Shown here one piece after another: positions 12,914-24,750 of a stretch of 64,000 nucleotides of DNA. The stretch covers positions 2,976,001-3,040,000 of the forward strand of contig JAYWIR010000008.1 of NCBI GenBank assembly GCA_036172245.1, in the 5' to 3' direction. A program made the translations under genes and the position numbers. The notes under the pieces were generated by a model. It had not been told where the DNA came from. It did no database searches and saw nothing but the letters and a program-made list of their open reading frames with translations. Within the stretch, counting starts at the first letter, position 1. The number at the start of each line of letters is the position of its first letter. The stretch comes from Raillietiella orientalis. Taxonomy: Eukaryota.

Positions 12914-15900
12914 GTAAGCCGCCGGCTGCGCTCTCCGACCTCTTCAGGGCGGGGGAGGGGACGCGCGTCCCGCTCGGGGCTTCGCTTCTGCCACCACCTC
13001 AGGGGAGAGCTCCTTCCTCCCCGCCTACTCCGAGCCGGAACCGCCCACCACCACCGTCCCTTCCCTCTTCGTTCGCGTTGAAAGTGCCCCGGGCCGCGCC
13101 TCGTCCACGGCCGCCGCGGATACGGGGGCGATGGCTACGGCGGTGCCCCCCTCGCTCCGCTGACGAGACTCGGTAGGGTTCCCTTCGTCCGATGGGGAGG
13201 GAAGCAGGAGAGGCCCCATTTCCTCGCGCGGCGGGATCGAGGACAAAAGGAGAAGGAGGAGGAAGCAAGAGCGATTGGGAGGAGAGCTGAGGGGTCAGGA
13301 ACACCCCCTTCATCTCTTCCGCTGGCGTAGGGAGAGCACAGTGGCGCAGGAGAAGCAGCAGCGGCAGGTGTTCCCGCCGAAGAGGGCTCTCGAGGGCATT
13401 CCCTTCGACGTCCTGTGCCTCTTTCCCTCTTTGCTCCCTCCTACCGCGTCTCTTTCTCTTCTTCCCCTGTCACCAGCATCGTCGATGTTCCTCAACCTTC
13501 CATCTCCCTTCCTCCTCCCGGAGCAAGCAACGAGGGAGTGGTGCCGATCCACATCCTCCGCCGCCCCACGACTGCAGCGATGCAACCTCCTTCCGCGCCC
13601 TCCTCCCTCGCTCCCCTTCCCTCTACCTGCCCCCTCCCGAAGGGGTCATCCGCGACCGCGACATCCCCACTCACCCGGCCCCCATGACGGATCCAGTTGA
13701 TCGCCACGCCTCCGGGCGTCGTTCGGCCAGCACGCCGCGCCCGGGAGCAGAGGCAAGAACTCCCTCCGGCGACCCGCTTCCTATGGGAGGGACCGAGGGG
13801 CCGCCCCCTGGTAGGGTAGGGTTCTCCCGCTTGTACCTCAAGCGGTGCGAGGGTCGGGTCCGGGGGAGGTACCGATGGTCTCGCCCGAGTGGGACGACGC
13901 GAGCGACCCAGGACCCGCAGCCTCCGCCTTTATCCCACTCTCACCTCGTCACTTTCCCCCTCGGTAACGGTAGATGGCCTCCCGCCGCCTTCTTCCCGTC
14001 CTTTTCCTCTCCGTTGCCCGGCGTTGTTCCGGGATCGGCGGCACAACCGGCAACGGGGGGCCTTCGCTTCCCTCTGCTGGACTCTTCGCTCGTCCTTCCC
14101 TGGAGCATGCTGCCCCGCTCGCGATGTCTAGAGAACGCCTTCGCCCAGTGACCCCTTCGACTTTTTCTCCCTTCCGCGCCATCCTTGAATCTTGGAGGCG
14201 CCACTCTCCCCTTTCCTCCCACCCCCTTTCGCGGATCCTGAGATTCCCCTCCGCTCCATCCCTCCCGTGCGTTCCTTCGCGTCCCACCCTGAGCGGCGTC
14301 AGCGGTGATCGGTCAGCTCGTCCCTCCCTTCCCTGGTCCGGCTTCCTCCCAGCTCGTCCCATCTTGCGAAGGGCCCTCTAGAGGAGGAGGGACGCCCCCT
14401 CTGCGGTTCCCCCATGTCCGCGCGCGCGCAGCGCGTGCCCCGCCCCCGGAATGCGGGCGATTTCGAGATTCCTGTGGAAAGCGGGAAGGAGTAGGAGGGG
14501 GTGAGGGCGGGAAGGAGGCGTCGAATTCCTGGAATTCGTCGGATGTCCCTGCGCTCCCGCCGAGCCGTGCTCCGCTCGCGCCGCCTCCCGCCTGAGCGCG
14601 TAATGACGACCTTCGCCGACGGGAGGAGGGGTCCGGGAACTCCCACCCCGCCTCCCACTCGTGTCGCTCGGAAATCCTCATCAACATTCCAGGAATGGTT
14701 TCCCGCCTCTCCTCTCCGCCCCTGGCCTCCGCCTTTCCACCTCGGTCGCCTTTTCCTTTTTTTTTCTTTTTCTTTTTTCTCTTCCTCCAGCCCCCCACCC
14801 CTCCTCTCCTTCTTCCCCACCTTCCTAACTGATCGATTCCCTTCCTTCCTTGACCCCGTGTTTCTTCTCGCGGAGCTTCCCCTTCCGAGAGGCCGTCCCT
14901 TCGCGAGCCTCGCGGAAGGGATCCCTTCCGAAGGAGTGCGCGCGCGCGCGTGCCTGCACCTCCCCCTCCCTTCCCCTCCCCCGCCTTCCTGGGGCCCCGC
15001 CGCAGCGCTCCGTCTCGCGACACGAAGAAGCGCACGTCCCCTCCTTTTCTTCCCCGCCTCTCCTCGAAGACTCCGCGCGAGCATCCCGAAAGGCTCTCGA
15101 GAGAGGGGCCCCTCGGCGTCTCTCATTGGCTCCCCGCCGCAAGAGGAAGCCGCCGGAGGAACCGTTACGTCACGGCCGCCTCGCTTCGGAGGAGATCCTG
15201 TCTCCCTCCATCGATTCCCGCGCGCCGGTGGCGACCGCGGCGGGAAGTTCCCTCCGCGGTAGCGGCGCGTCCGCGCGTTGGAGGACGCGGAAAGGGGATC
15301 GCTGCGGGGAGAGGGAAAGGGGGAGGGGGGAAGGGAAGGAGGCCCTCCTCGTTCCCTGGGGAAAACGTCCTCCTAGGAAAACGTCTCCCGAGAGATCCCT
15401 CGCTCAGCCTCTAGTCGGGACCCGCCGAGGCGAGCGCAGCTGAGGCTGCCGGGCGGGTCTCCCCGCAATCCCACGATGATCCGTAGTCTCCTCCTCCTCC
15501 CCTGCGCCCCAATCCCTCTTTCGCTCCTCAGAAAGGATGGAAGCAAAGCGTGAAGACAAGGATCCGGGTGGCAGCGATGTGTCGGTACGTCCCCCTTCCT
15601 CCTCCCCTCGGAAGGAGTCGGAAGGATGCAAAAGAGTCCGCTGCCTCTCTCGCGAGAACACCCCCCCCCCCCTTGAGGAAAAGGTCACTCCTGGGAGGTC
15701 AGCGATTTCCCGTTTCCGAAGTGCGGAAGATTCTCTATCGCGGACAGCGCACAGAGGAAGTGGGTGCCGCTCTCGCTACTTGCACAGGGATACCTCCCTC
15801 TCCCGGGATGGGTTGGGTCAGAAGCGCTCCCGTCGGGGCGGCTGGTCACCCCTTCAAGGATTCCCGAAATCCTTCTTTCTCTTCTCGGGGTCGCCTGCTG

Positions 15901-16216
15901 TAAGGAGGGAGGGATACCTTCTCCTACGGTCCCTGAATTCTCATCCCCCACGCACCCGGAATCCCCTACAGCACGTTCGCGTGCTGCTCCTCCCCTTCTC
16001 CACGCGGGTCGCGCGGGCAAATCCTCCCACAGTGGCGTCGCTCCTCGAACCCGACGACGTACGGTGATCCATCGGAGGGGATCCTTAGGGAACCACGTGG
16101 AAGCGGAGACGGGGGGTTCCCAAGAGATCACGGATTCACTCGACACCTCCCCCCCTCAAACTCCGCCCCCCACCCCCGTCTTTCCTTCCTTCTTTCTTTC
16201 TCTCTTTTGTTTCTAG

Positions 16217-16659
16217 ACTTGCACTTCTTCAGTTCGGACGAAGACGAAGAGGAGGAGAAGCCCTCGATCGACGAGCTGAGTCACAGCAACCTGACGTCTC
16301 CCGTGGTTCGGCCGCCTTCCATCGGGAGCGCTAGCTCCCCTTCCCTGGACGACTCCAAGAGCTTCAGCATGGACAGGGAGACCTTCACGGACGCCGGCGA
16401 GGAAGGCAAGGACGCGGGCAAGAAGCCTTTCAAGTACGACGCGGACGAGAAGAGCGACGCCAGCACGAAAACGACGAGCGAAGGAGGTGACAGCCATGAC
16501 GACAACCACGGCAACGGGAAGAGACGCGGTCCCCGCACGACCATCAAGGCGAAGCAGCTGGAGGTGCTCAAGTCGGCATTCGCTGCCACTCCCAAGCCCA
16601 CACGCCACATCCGAGAGCAGCTGGCGAAGGAGACCGGGCTCAACATGCGGGTCATACAA
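16217..16659 (+). CDS. lhx1/5: Lhx1/5 coding exon 3: acidic linker and homeodomain up to the start of helix 3
   Basis: Long polypyrimidine tract and ttctag| acceptor, phase matching exon 2. [14 protein letters not shown]...[47 protein letters not shown], near-identical to the Lhx1/Lhx5 homeodomain. Donor CAA|GTAAGC at 16660, phase 0. Confidence 0.95.
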
Positions 16660-16949
16660 GTAAGCGTTCATGGTTCCCACTCTCGTCCTCGTCCTCCTCC
16701 TCCTCCATCCTTCCCTTTCTTTCCGGGTTCTCAGAAGGAATGATGGGGAGCAGAGAGGGTGGATCGCACCTAGGGCCCTAATGGGGAAGTGGAAGTGGGA
16801 GGGTGGTGAATGATAGCTCCAGCTCCCAGCCCCAAGCGACGTTGCTCGACCGTCCAGAGAAGGAAGGTGGACCTTAGCCTTCATCTCGCGGGCTTCCTGT
16901 GTGGTTTCTCTTTTCTCCCCCTCCCTTTTCCATCGCGAGTGAACCGGGG

Positions 16950-17950
16950 CCTCGCTCCTCCGGGAAGTGGGCTACGGCTGAGACGAGTGCGGGATGTCCA
17001 GGGGCGCCTCGCCAACGAAGAGGTGTGTTCGTGAGAGCGAAAGCGCTCTGCTGGCTGCAGCAACGAAGAGGACGCCTCTTTGCTTCGCTCTCCCTCGAAG
17101 AAGTCGTTCGCCAGGAAGGAAGGGGCAAACAGGGAGCATCCGCGGACGTCACTCTTCTGGCTCTCGAAGCGAGGCCGGATTCACACGAAAGAAGCTGCGA
17201 ATCAGAAACGGCGGTGGGGAGGATGACTCTGCACGGCAGACCGTCTGGGGGTACCTGGGCAAAAGGCTCTCTCACCGAAAGAAGACGGTGAACCCGGCGA
17301 CAGAGGTCCTCACCAATCGGGAGGAGCTCTCCGATGGAGAGGTCAGACGCATCCGCAGCCGGCCACTGCTCGCAGGTCTGAGGGAATACCTGGACTTTGT
17401 AGCAAAAGCTCCTAGCTGATGATCTCCGTCCAAGGCGTCTGCGAGTCTTCTTGCATAGGGGGTGCGCTAGCAGTAGCAAGAGTTCACCTGAAGAACGACT
17501 GCTACCCTTTTCCCGGGAGAGGCGCCCTGATCCTTGGGTTTGGATAAAGACCTGAGGTCACCCTGTCCATAGACGGGAGCGAAGGAAGGAAGGTTTCGAT
17601 GTTGGCTTTCCCAGGGCTGCAGCAAAAGTGCGGGGTGGTTCCGGATGCTTGCATGGAATCCTCGATGTGGGATGGATAGCTGTGCCACGCTCCCGAAGTT
17701 TGCTTCCTGGATGAACGCACCCGCGTGATTTTAGTCCGTTTGCGTTGGCTCTCCCCCTCATAGTCGAGTCCCGCTTCGTGCCATCGTGGCACGGCACTCA
17801 CGGAAGCGACGGTATAAACCTCGGTGGCACTGAGATCCCCGCCTGCGCTGAAGGTTTCTTCTGCGTCAGATAGGCGGCGTTCGAGCCCTGCGAAGAGACT
17901 CAGAGGGGTTGGGAGACTCTCCTTGACATTGCTGCATCTCTCTTTCGTCG
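16950..17950 (-). mobile_element. Possible decayed L1/Tx1 relic in lim1 intron 3
   Basis: Minus-strand FSAGGDL (~17845), ARSFCY (~17405), VPPDGLP (~17245) and SWRTTS..ESEAK (~17110) follow the GDFN / FY / PG.DGLP / NWRPI order. Weak. Confidence 0.3.
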
Positions 17951-19499
17951 CTCTGCGTCTCAACCCAATGCTCCCTTTCCCGCAGCGTCAGCGATCCTGA
18001 GAGCGAGGATGCAGTTTTAAAGCACGCTGTTCGCTGCCGCGCTCACCTATCCAACTGATTCGGATTGCTGCAACATCTGGACCCGGAATCCAGCTGAGCT
18101 CTGCGCGATTCGCCACACCTGTTGGGGCTCTCTGAGACCGGGGCGCAGCGCGAAACCCTAGGCGGTTGCCAATCTCAACCCTTCCCCGGGAGCAGCGGAG
18201 CGCCTCCAGCCTACTGGAAATCCTGGGAGCAACGCCGACGAGGGATGTGATCGCTGGCGCACCTGAGGGCGAATGCGGCTCGTCGGGGAGCGGTTTTCTC
18301 GCGGGTGAGGCGGCTTGCCCCACGGGGAAGCAGCTCGGCAGAGCAGGGAAGATGCCCGCTGAGTCTCTTTCCTCCAGTGAAGATTCGGAAGGCTCCCCCC
18401 AAGGTCGCGTCCGCTGAATCTTCATCGAGGCGCTGCTGCGCTGTGTTGCTTGCTGCTCGCTGCTTTTTTCCCCTGCTGCTCACCTTCTTGCGGGGTCGCT
18501 TCCTCCTCTCCTCCTACTTTCCTCCCGAAAATGCCCGGTCATCCCTGCGTGCTCGTTTTCTCGTCTTGCGAGACCGGCAGAACGCCCGGTGGAAGACGTG
18601 TCCGCCGCTCCCGCCGACGCAGACGCCGCCGCCGACGCAGACGAATCCCGGCGAGAACAGCGGTGTTGCCGTCGTCGCGCGTGATAAATCTTCTCCACTT
18701 CCAGGTCCCCGCGTGGTCGCCCCGCAACCAGCTCTCTCTGTTTCTCCCCTGCAGGGGGCCGCGCGTTCGCCGCCCGTCGGCTCTTTTGACTCACCGTACC
18801 GCCCGCCGCCGCCGCCGCATGGAGCAGCAAGGCAGAGTAGCAAAGGGAAGGGGGTCGCCCTCTTGAGGGTGCTCCGCCAAAGCTGTCCTCCTGCATCCCT
18901 GGGCGGTGAGCGAGCGAGCGTGCGCCAGTTGTCGTCTCGTCGCCGCGCGCTCAGAGAAAACGGTCAAAGGAGGGAAAGCGCTCGCCCTTATGCCCCTCTC
19001 CTCCCCTTCCTCTCCTGCGCCACAAGGGGATCCTCGCGTACATGGACACTCCAAGCCTTCCCCTGCGATAAGGGGGGGAGGGGGCAAGGGGTAGGTCCTA
19101 CAGGGTCTTTCTCTTCTTTTTTTTTTTTTTTTTCTTCCCTTCCCCTCCGCCACCCTTTTCCCCCGACCACTTTCTCCGCCCACTCGACGGGGAAGAGGAG
19201 AGGGAGGGATGCTAAACAAAAAAGTAGGGAGACCCGGCAGACGGCGGTCGTCCTCCTCAACCCCTTTCTCACCCTGTCCCCTCCTCCACGCCAGTTCCCG
19301 GACGGCCATCGCCTCTCCATCATCTTCGCCGCCTCGGCATACGATGGAACGCGGGGGGGAACAGGGTGCTCCAGTCACGATGGCGACGGCGGGAAGATAG
19401 CGACGAGGAAGAGGCACCCTTGGGCCGCCAGCATGACGGTGTGTGACCAGCCTGCCTTCGGAAAGGAACTTCGGCGCGACCGAAGGCGGCACCGTTGGC

Positions 19500-21550
19500 T
19501 CTTCATCTTCTGAGAAAGTTGAGCAGCCGTAACTACAGAGGAAGGATCCTAGGAGAGGAAGGCAGCCGTCGAGAAGCCCGGACTCCCAACGAGGGTCCTG
19601 CAAAGTTTTTCGAACGCCTCGACGAATGTCCAGTGAAAAAGGGAAACTTGAGTAGGGGTCCGCGTGACTCGACAAATCCCTAAAGCTCCCCTCAGCGCGA
19701 ACGCGATCTCTGCAGTTCTGGGCAGTCCGAGAAGCGATGGGTAAGGAAAAGAAGGGAGAGCGAGGGTGGGGTCTCTCTCCCCCTTCTGATCGAGGACGAT
19801 CGTAGCATTCGTTCTCCAAATCGGGAAGGCTGTTTCGGAAAAGGGGAAGCGCTATGGAACCGAAATAGCTAACCATTCCCCCGGGAGGGTCGCTTCATCT
19901 CCGAGAGTGAGGAGAGGAAGCTGGTCGCTTCCTCCTCGACTCCATCCCCATCCCTTCTTTCCTTCCTCGTTGCCGCTGCATTTGCACTCTTCCTGTAAAG
20001 ACCGGCCCCTGGGTGCATCCCGTACGAGGACGCCGCTGACCCGCCTCGGGGACTGCAGACCCCGTTTCTCCCATTCGGCGAGTGCCCTGCCCAGAATAGG
20101 AGCGTATACCAACCTTTCTCGTCCCCCTCTCCTTTTTTTCCCCTTCTCTTCTCCCCTTGCTCCCCCTCCTCCCTCCTTCATTCCTCCCGAGGAGAAAAAG
20201 GGTTGGGATATTTCCTCCTCTTGTGGACAAGCCGCCGAGAGGAGGGAATGGAGTCCGCACTCCCCGAGGCAGGTCAACGACTGCGTCGTCTGGGAGGTGT
20301 CCCTGGACTGAACCTGAGGAGAGCAGCGGCGGTGGGAACGCTTGCTCCTCCTGGCGTCGCCCCCCTTTTTCCACGCGTTCCCTCCAGCTCTTCGCGCTTC
20401 TCATTTCAATCGGGAAAAAGGGAGAGCCGAGAGGAGGAGCGGGAGCGAAAGGAGGGAATAGGGAGAGAGGAGGATCCACTCCTTCTCCTCTCTGGATCCT
20501 CTCCCCCTCCCGCTCGGGAAGCAGGACCTCCAGAGGGAGCCCTAGGACTTTCCCGCTTCCACCTCTGGGAGAGAAAGGGAGAATCCCCTCTTCTCCCCAG
20601 CATCCTCCCTCGCGACTTCCCCCGTGTCCCCGTCCGCCGCCGCCGTCCCACGCTCGCCCCTTGCCCGCTCTTCGATCAACGTCTCCGAGCGCGCCTCCCG
20701 GAGGGTCCTTCCGCTTCCCGTCGCCCGCGGGGACAGGCCGCTTTCCCCATCCGTCATCGTTCCTGTCAGTCCTCCACGCTGGGAGTAGCTCACCGCAGGA
20801 GTCCACGAAGAAGGAAAGGGGAGGGGGGCGGGAAGCGGGACCGCGCGCGGTCCCGTGCGGGTTGGGCGCGCCCCCAGGAGGAGGAGGGAAGGGCAGGGCG
20901 AGCCCTCCCTCCTTCCTCTCGCACCCCCGCACTGATCCCGGACTGAAGGATCGGCTGGGATGAAAGCGAGAGGCGGACAGGTTCCCACGGCGTGCCAGCC
21001 GCCGTGGCTTTTGGAACCGGAGGTTCTTCCTGCGGAAGCGTGCCGCGAAGCCTCGAAGGATCCTGTTCCGCTTCTCCCGCTCTCCATTCTCGTGTCCGCT
21101 TTTCCCCTACTTGAGCTCCTGGGGCACAGGCGGAGCTCCGTCGAGCATCTTCCACCACCGGAACAGAAGAGGAGGTATGCAAGCTGAACGTAGGGAAGTT
21201 CTCGCTATCCCGATGCGCCCACCTGTTTCTCTGCCTCCCTCCAGAGCGCCCCCTGAAACCGAGGAGGAGCTCCGAAGGCAACGCTGGAGGGCGTCCGGCC
21301 TTCCTTCGGCAGGGGAGCGCCTCCCTCTTGTTCGTCCCCTTCCGGAGACGGAAGTCCTACACGGCCTGGCCTCGCCGTTAAAAGACCGCGCTCAGGGAGA
21401 CCACTCAGGACCTCCCACCTCACTTCGGGGAATGAGAGGGGGACGAGGACGCAACCGTCACGACTTCCTACTATCCCTGCTGCGGCTCCCAGCTCCTCGG
21501 CAATGGCACCCCCTCTGCCTTCCTCCCCTCTTGACATTCTAGGGACGAAG
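19500..21550 (+). mobile_element. Decayed L1/Tx1 ORF2 relic in lim1 intron 3
   Basis: NEGPAKFF (~19590), HSPGR..W (~19875-19925), LHSSCK..RLGDCRP (~19985-20063), GLNLRRA (~20305), EVLAIP (~21195) and WRASGLPSAGERL (~21285) match GE..KFF, KSPG, NWRP, LD..KA, YLGIP and W..LS..GR in order. Confidence 0.45.
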
Positions 21551-21797
21551 GGAGGGAGGGAGATAGAATGAGGAGGGTTCTTTGCTCCCAAGGGCTCGGG
21601 GAACAGTTTCTTCGAAGATGCCCGAGCAGGAGTCCCGGCGATTCCCGGAAGAAGGAGGCCGCCGAGGGAGGGAGAGAGGGAGTGCCCCGTTCTCCTCCTC
21701 TTCCTCTCCTCTTTTCTCTCTCCCTCGTTCTTCTCTCTTCTCCCATTCCACCCGGCCACTGGAGCCCCTGACGACAAAAGCGCCGTCTGTCTTCCAG

Positions 21798-21963
21798 GTT
21801 TGGTTTCAGAACAGGCGCAGCAAGGAAAGGAGGATGAAGCAGCTGAGCTCCCTGAACGCGAGGAGAAACTTCTTCCGGCAGGTGGCGGGTCCGAGGAGGA
21901 TGCGCTCCCTCCAGCCGGGACTCTGTGACATGGAAGAGGGAGCAGACTTCCCTTACTTTCAAG
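21798..21963 (+). CDS. lhx1/5: Lhx1/5 coding exon 4: homeodomain helix 3 and downstream conserved region
   Basis: Acceptor gtcttccag|. [38 protein letters not shown]...FPYFQ completes the homeodomain at the common IQ|VWFQN intron position. FFR..PRRMR matches Lhx1/5. Donor G|GTGAGG at 21964, phase 1. Confidence 0.95.
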
Positions 21964-22402
21964 GTGAGGCGGGACTCGAGCTCCACATTCGTCCTCTCCT
22001 TCCCCCCACCGAATTTCCTTGCCCCGCCCCACCTCCTCCGTCCTCCTCCGTCAAGTCAAACGGCCACTCCCGCCCTGTTTCTGCTTCGGAAAGTGAGTGC
22101 CACTTTGCACAGGTTCCCGAGTGAGCAGCACGAAAGGGAAAGCGAGATCAACAAGCGGGAAGGGACCACCGTCGTATGGAAGGATGAGCAGACCTTCCTA
22201 CCTCCACCCTCCCTCCACACACGCGCTCAAACACTCCAGTCGCTCAAAGGAATAAGCAAGCAGAGGGAGTGGAAAGGAGGAGCAAGGCTGTTCCCACTTC
22301 CCCGCTATCCCCCTGTGCATTCACCTCGCCTTCAGTATTCACTCCCGTCTTCCCGACCACGAGAGGGACACGGGTTAACCGGCACTCTCCCTCGGTTTTC
22401 AG

Positions 22403-22501
22403 ATGGGAACTCGCGTCCCGGTTTCAGCTTCGGCAACCCGGGATTCTACGAATTCTTTCCATCTCACGCAGGAAACGGGGAGATGCCCTTCCCCAATCCA
22501 G
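22403..22501 (+). CDS. lhx1/5: Lhx1/5 coding exon 5
   Basis: Acceptor ggttttcag|, phase 1. DGNSRPGFSFGNPGFYEFFPSHAGNGEMPFPNP; YEFFP resembles the YDFFP motif of Lhx1/5 C-termini. Donor G|GTGAGC at 22502. Confidence 0.8.
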
Positions 22502-22615
22502 GTGAGCAAGGGTTTCCCCGGAGGGCAGGAGAAGGGAGTGGCACTTGCGTCGTCCCTTGCTGCTCCTCCTGGGCAGTCCTTGCCCTCTCTTTTCCCCTTT
22601 TTTCCTCCATTCCAG

Positions 22616-22774
22616 GTGTGGCCTCCTCTCTGGAGCAGGCTCTCCCAGTAGGCACCCACCTGACCGGCTACCATCCCGGCCAGCATCTGATGAGCGAGGC
22701 TCCTTTCCTCGCGGCAGCCGGTGACGTCGCCTCCAGATCTAGTCCCGAAATATCGAGGATGGCCATGCCTCCAG
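22616..22774 (+). CDS. lhx1/5: Lhx1/5 coding exon 6
   Basis: Strong polypyrimidine tract plus ttccag|, phase 1. GVASSLEQALPVGTHLTGYHPGQHLMSEAPFLAAAGDVASRSSPEISRMAMPP. Donor CAG|GTAAGG at 22775. Confidence 0.75.
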
Positions 22775-22930
22775 GTAAGGAGATCCGGGCCCGTCCAACG
22801 GAAAAAAGCTCATCTCTGCTCCTCCTCCCCTCCTTCCTCCTGCATACTTCATCCTCCTCCTCTCCCTCCTCCTGCATCCTTCCTCCTCCGCCACCGACTC
22901 CGTCGCCGCCATGCTCCCGAAACGGCTCAG

Positions 22931-22992
22931 TGAACGACCGAGTGCGCTTTCCGCCCAGCGCCGGCATCATAAGGGAGACCGCGGTGTGGTAG
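22931..22992 (+). CDS. lhx1/5: Lhx1/5 terminal coding exon 7
   Basis: The acceptor ctcag| at 22930 keeps phase 1 in frame with VNDRVRFPPSAGIIRETAVW-stop (TAG 22990-22992). ETAVW* matches the EAAVW* C-terminus of vertebrate Lhx1/Lhx5. The exact acceptor is less certain than the stop. Confidence 0.7.
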
Positions 22993-23264
22993 CACGCGGG
23001 GCGCGCGAGGCAGCCGGTGCTGGTGGTGGTGGTGCTGGTGGTGGTAGTTGGGTGTGGTGGTGTCTCTCAAGAAGATCATCTGCTCTGGATTGTTGTTCCG
23101 TGTGGATCTTGGATAAAGATTTCTTCTTCGCCTCCGCTCCCCCTCCCCTCCTCCGTTCTCCCTTCGCTCCACCACCTCTCACGACCCTTCCCCCTACTCC
23201 CCCCTTTCCTCGCTGCGCCACCTGCACGCAAGCATCCCACCTCGAGACTGTTCCCTCCGAGTGC

Positions 23265-23268
<4 letters not shown>

Positions 23269-23295
<27 letters not shown>
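23269..23295 (+). repeat. (CTG)9 repeat in the lim1 3' UTR region
   Basis: Direct read. A GGT-rich tract also lies at ~23016-23060. Confidence 0.85.
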
Positions 23296-23799
23296 GCAAA
23301 CAAGGATGAGCTGCGAGGAAGGAGGTGCAAGTCAGGGACGTGTGCTGAAGACACGCGCGGGCGCTTCTCGTTGCCCCGGAGCCCGTTCGCCCACCTTCCC
23401 GCCCTCCTTTTTTGGAAAGAATGTCGCTTTCGTCGCCGCTCGCGGGCCCGCCGCCTGTCGCCGTCTCTGCCGACGATCGCATACAGGAGCCACCGCTGCA
23501 GAGACCTCACGGACACGAACAGCGGCCGTGGCACGGGCTGCGGTCTTCAAGACATGCGCGAGTACGCTTGCGGGTGGCATCAAATACAGACTGTACACTG
23601 ACGCAAGCTGAACAAGGCGGCTCTTCAGCACTCGGCAGCCTCCTTTCTCAACGGGTTTCTCCCACGAAGCAACGAAGGGGTCATTACCGCCGTCGGCCAG
23701 GGGCCGACCATCCCGCCCAGCAACGCCCTCCGACTGCTCTCTGATGCATTATCGCTCTCGGCTAGGGAGTTGAAATGCTCTACGGGAAAAAGCGTGCTT

Positions 23800-24750
23800 C
23801 CCCATTTAGCATCTTCCATGGTGAAGGGCGCTTGGGCTCTCAGGAAACAGACGTCAGCTGCATTTTACCGATCACGCTGAGCCACACGGTCGCCATCACA
23901 TGTCCTTCTCCTCGTTTTCTGTTCCTCAGGAGACTGGAGGCTGGAAATTCGGTCCAACATTCTTCCTGAACAGGGGGGTCTGTCGCTGATCGAGCAATCC
24001 GAAGGGTCCAAGACCCAGGAAATGTCATTCCCTTCGACTCTGGGAACAGAGAGGAACCTCCGTGTGCCTTTGGAGCACGTCTCCTCTGTCGAGGGACCTT
24101 AGCTATCTCCCTGCAGTAGGATAAAAAGTCCCATACCTGGGCAATGCGCCAACCTTGGCTTCCACAGTCTTCGCTGCCTCTGCTGTCTTCCAGCAGAGAG
24201 GTAAACACCTGCTCCAGCCGAGGACATTTCCACAAAAAAGAGCCTCGTCCGGCCCAACGAATACCTTGGGGACTTCGGAGGATGCGAGCTCTCCTGTTCT
24301 TCCCCACGGGAGCTCGACCGCCTCCGCATCGAGCCTCGTGGTTCCTGGCTTCTCCTCTCAGGTTGAGGGACGAAAGGAGGCATCTCTCGTTTGGAACTTT
24401 GGACGGTCGACCGCCCACCAGTGATGGCGTTGCCTCCAATGGTTGTGCATGCAGGCACGGGACAGCTTCCCCTTTCATTCCCGTCGCCCGTTCTTCGTCC
24501 TTACAAACCTTGCCTCTGCTCGGAAGGACTCCAAGGACTCTTCCCTGGATCGCCCTCATCGCCACGGAGATCCTTTTCCTGTAGGGCTGGAGGCACCTCC
24601 GCGGCTGTGTCCCTGACCACCGGGGAAGCTCATCTTTCCTCGTGCGTCGACGGTATTTCGCTTCCCGGACGGCAGGCACTCGTGAGGAACGCAGAGCAGT
24701 TCTGGCATCGAAAACGGGAACCTCACTACAGGGCATTACACATCCTGTGT
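23800..24750 (-). mobile_element. Decayed LINE relic: ORF1 end / ORF2 endonuclease N-terminus
   Basis: Minus strand: SGTQPRRC (~24605, resembles GQP..C before the ORF1 zinc knuckle), LLSSLNLRG (~24370, endonuclease start SLN.RG), GMGLFILL (~24125). Confidence 0.35.

Noticed and set aside
13478..13700. Possible extra lim1 exon after the polypyrimidine tract and caccag in intron 2
   Set aside because: The phase-compatible frame reaches a stop at 13700 with no convincing donor, and exons 2 and 3 already join in phase.
18305..19876. Long ORFs of 360-400 aa here, and similar ones at 4186-5142, 19895-20932 and 29027-30142
   Set aside because: No intact recognisable domains; Arg/Pro/Ser/Gly-rich, overlapping in several frames and running through homopolymers. 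Expected in GC-rich non-coding DNA.
22688..22720. CTGATGA followed by a 6-bp stem, resembling a hammerhead ribozyme core
   Set aside because: The required GAAA after the stem is absent (GGCA), and the site lies in coding exon 6.
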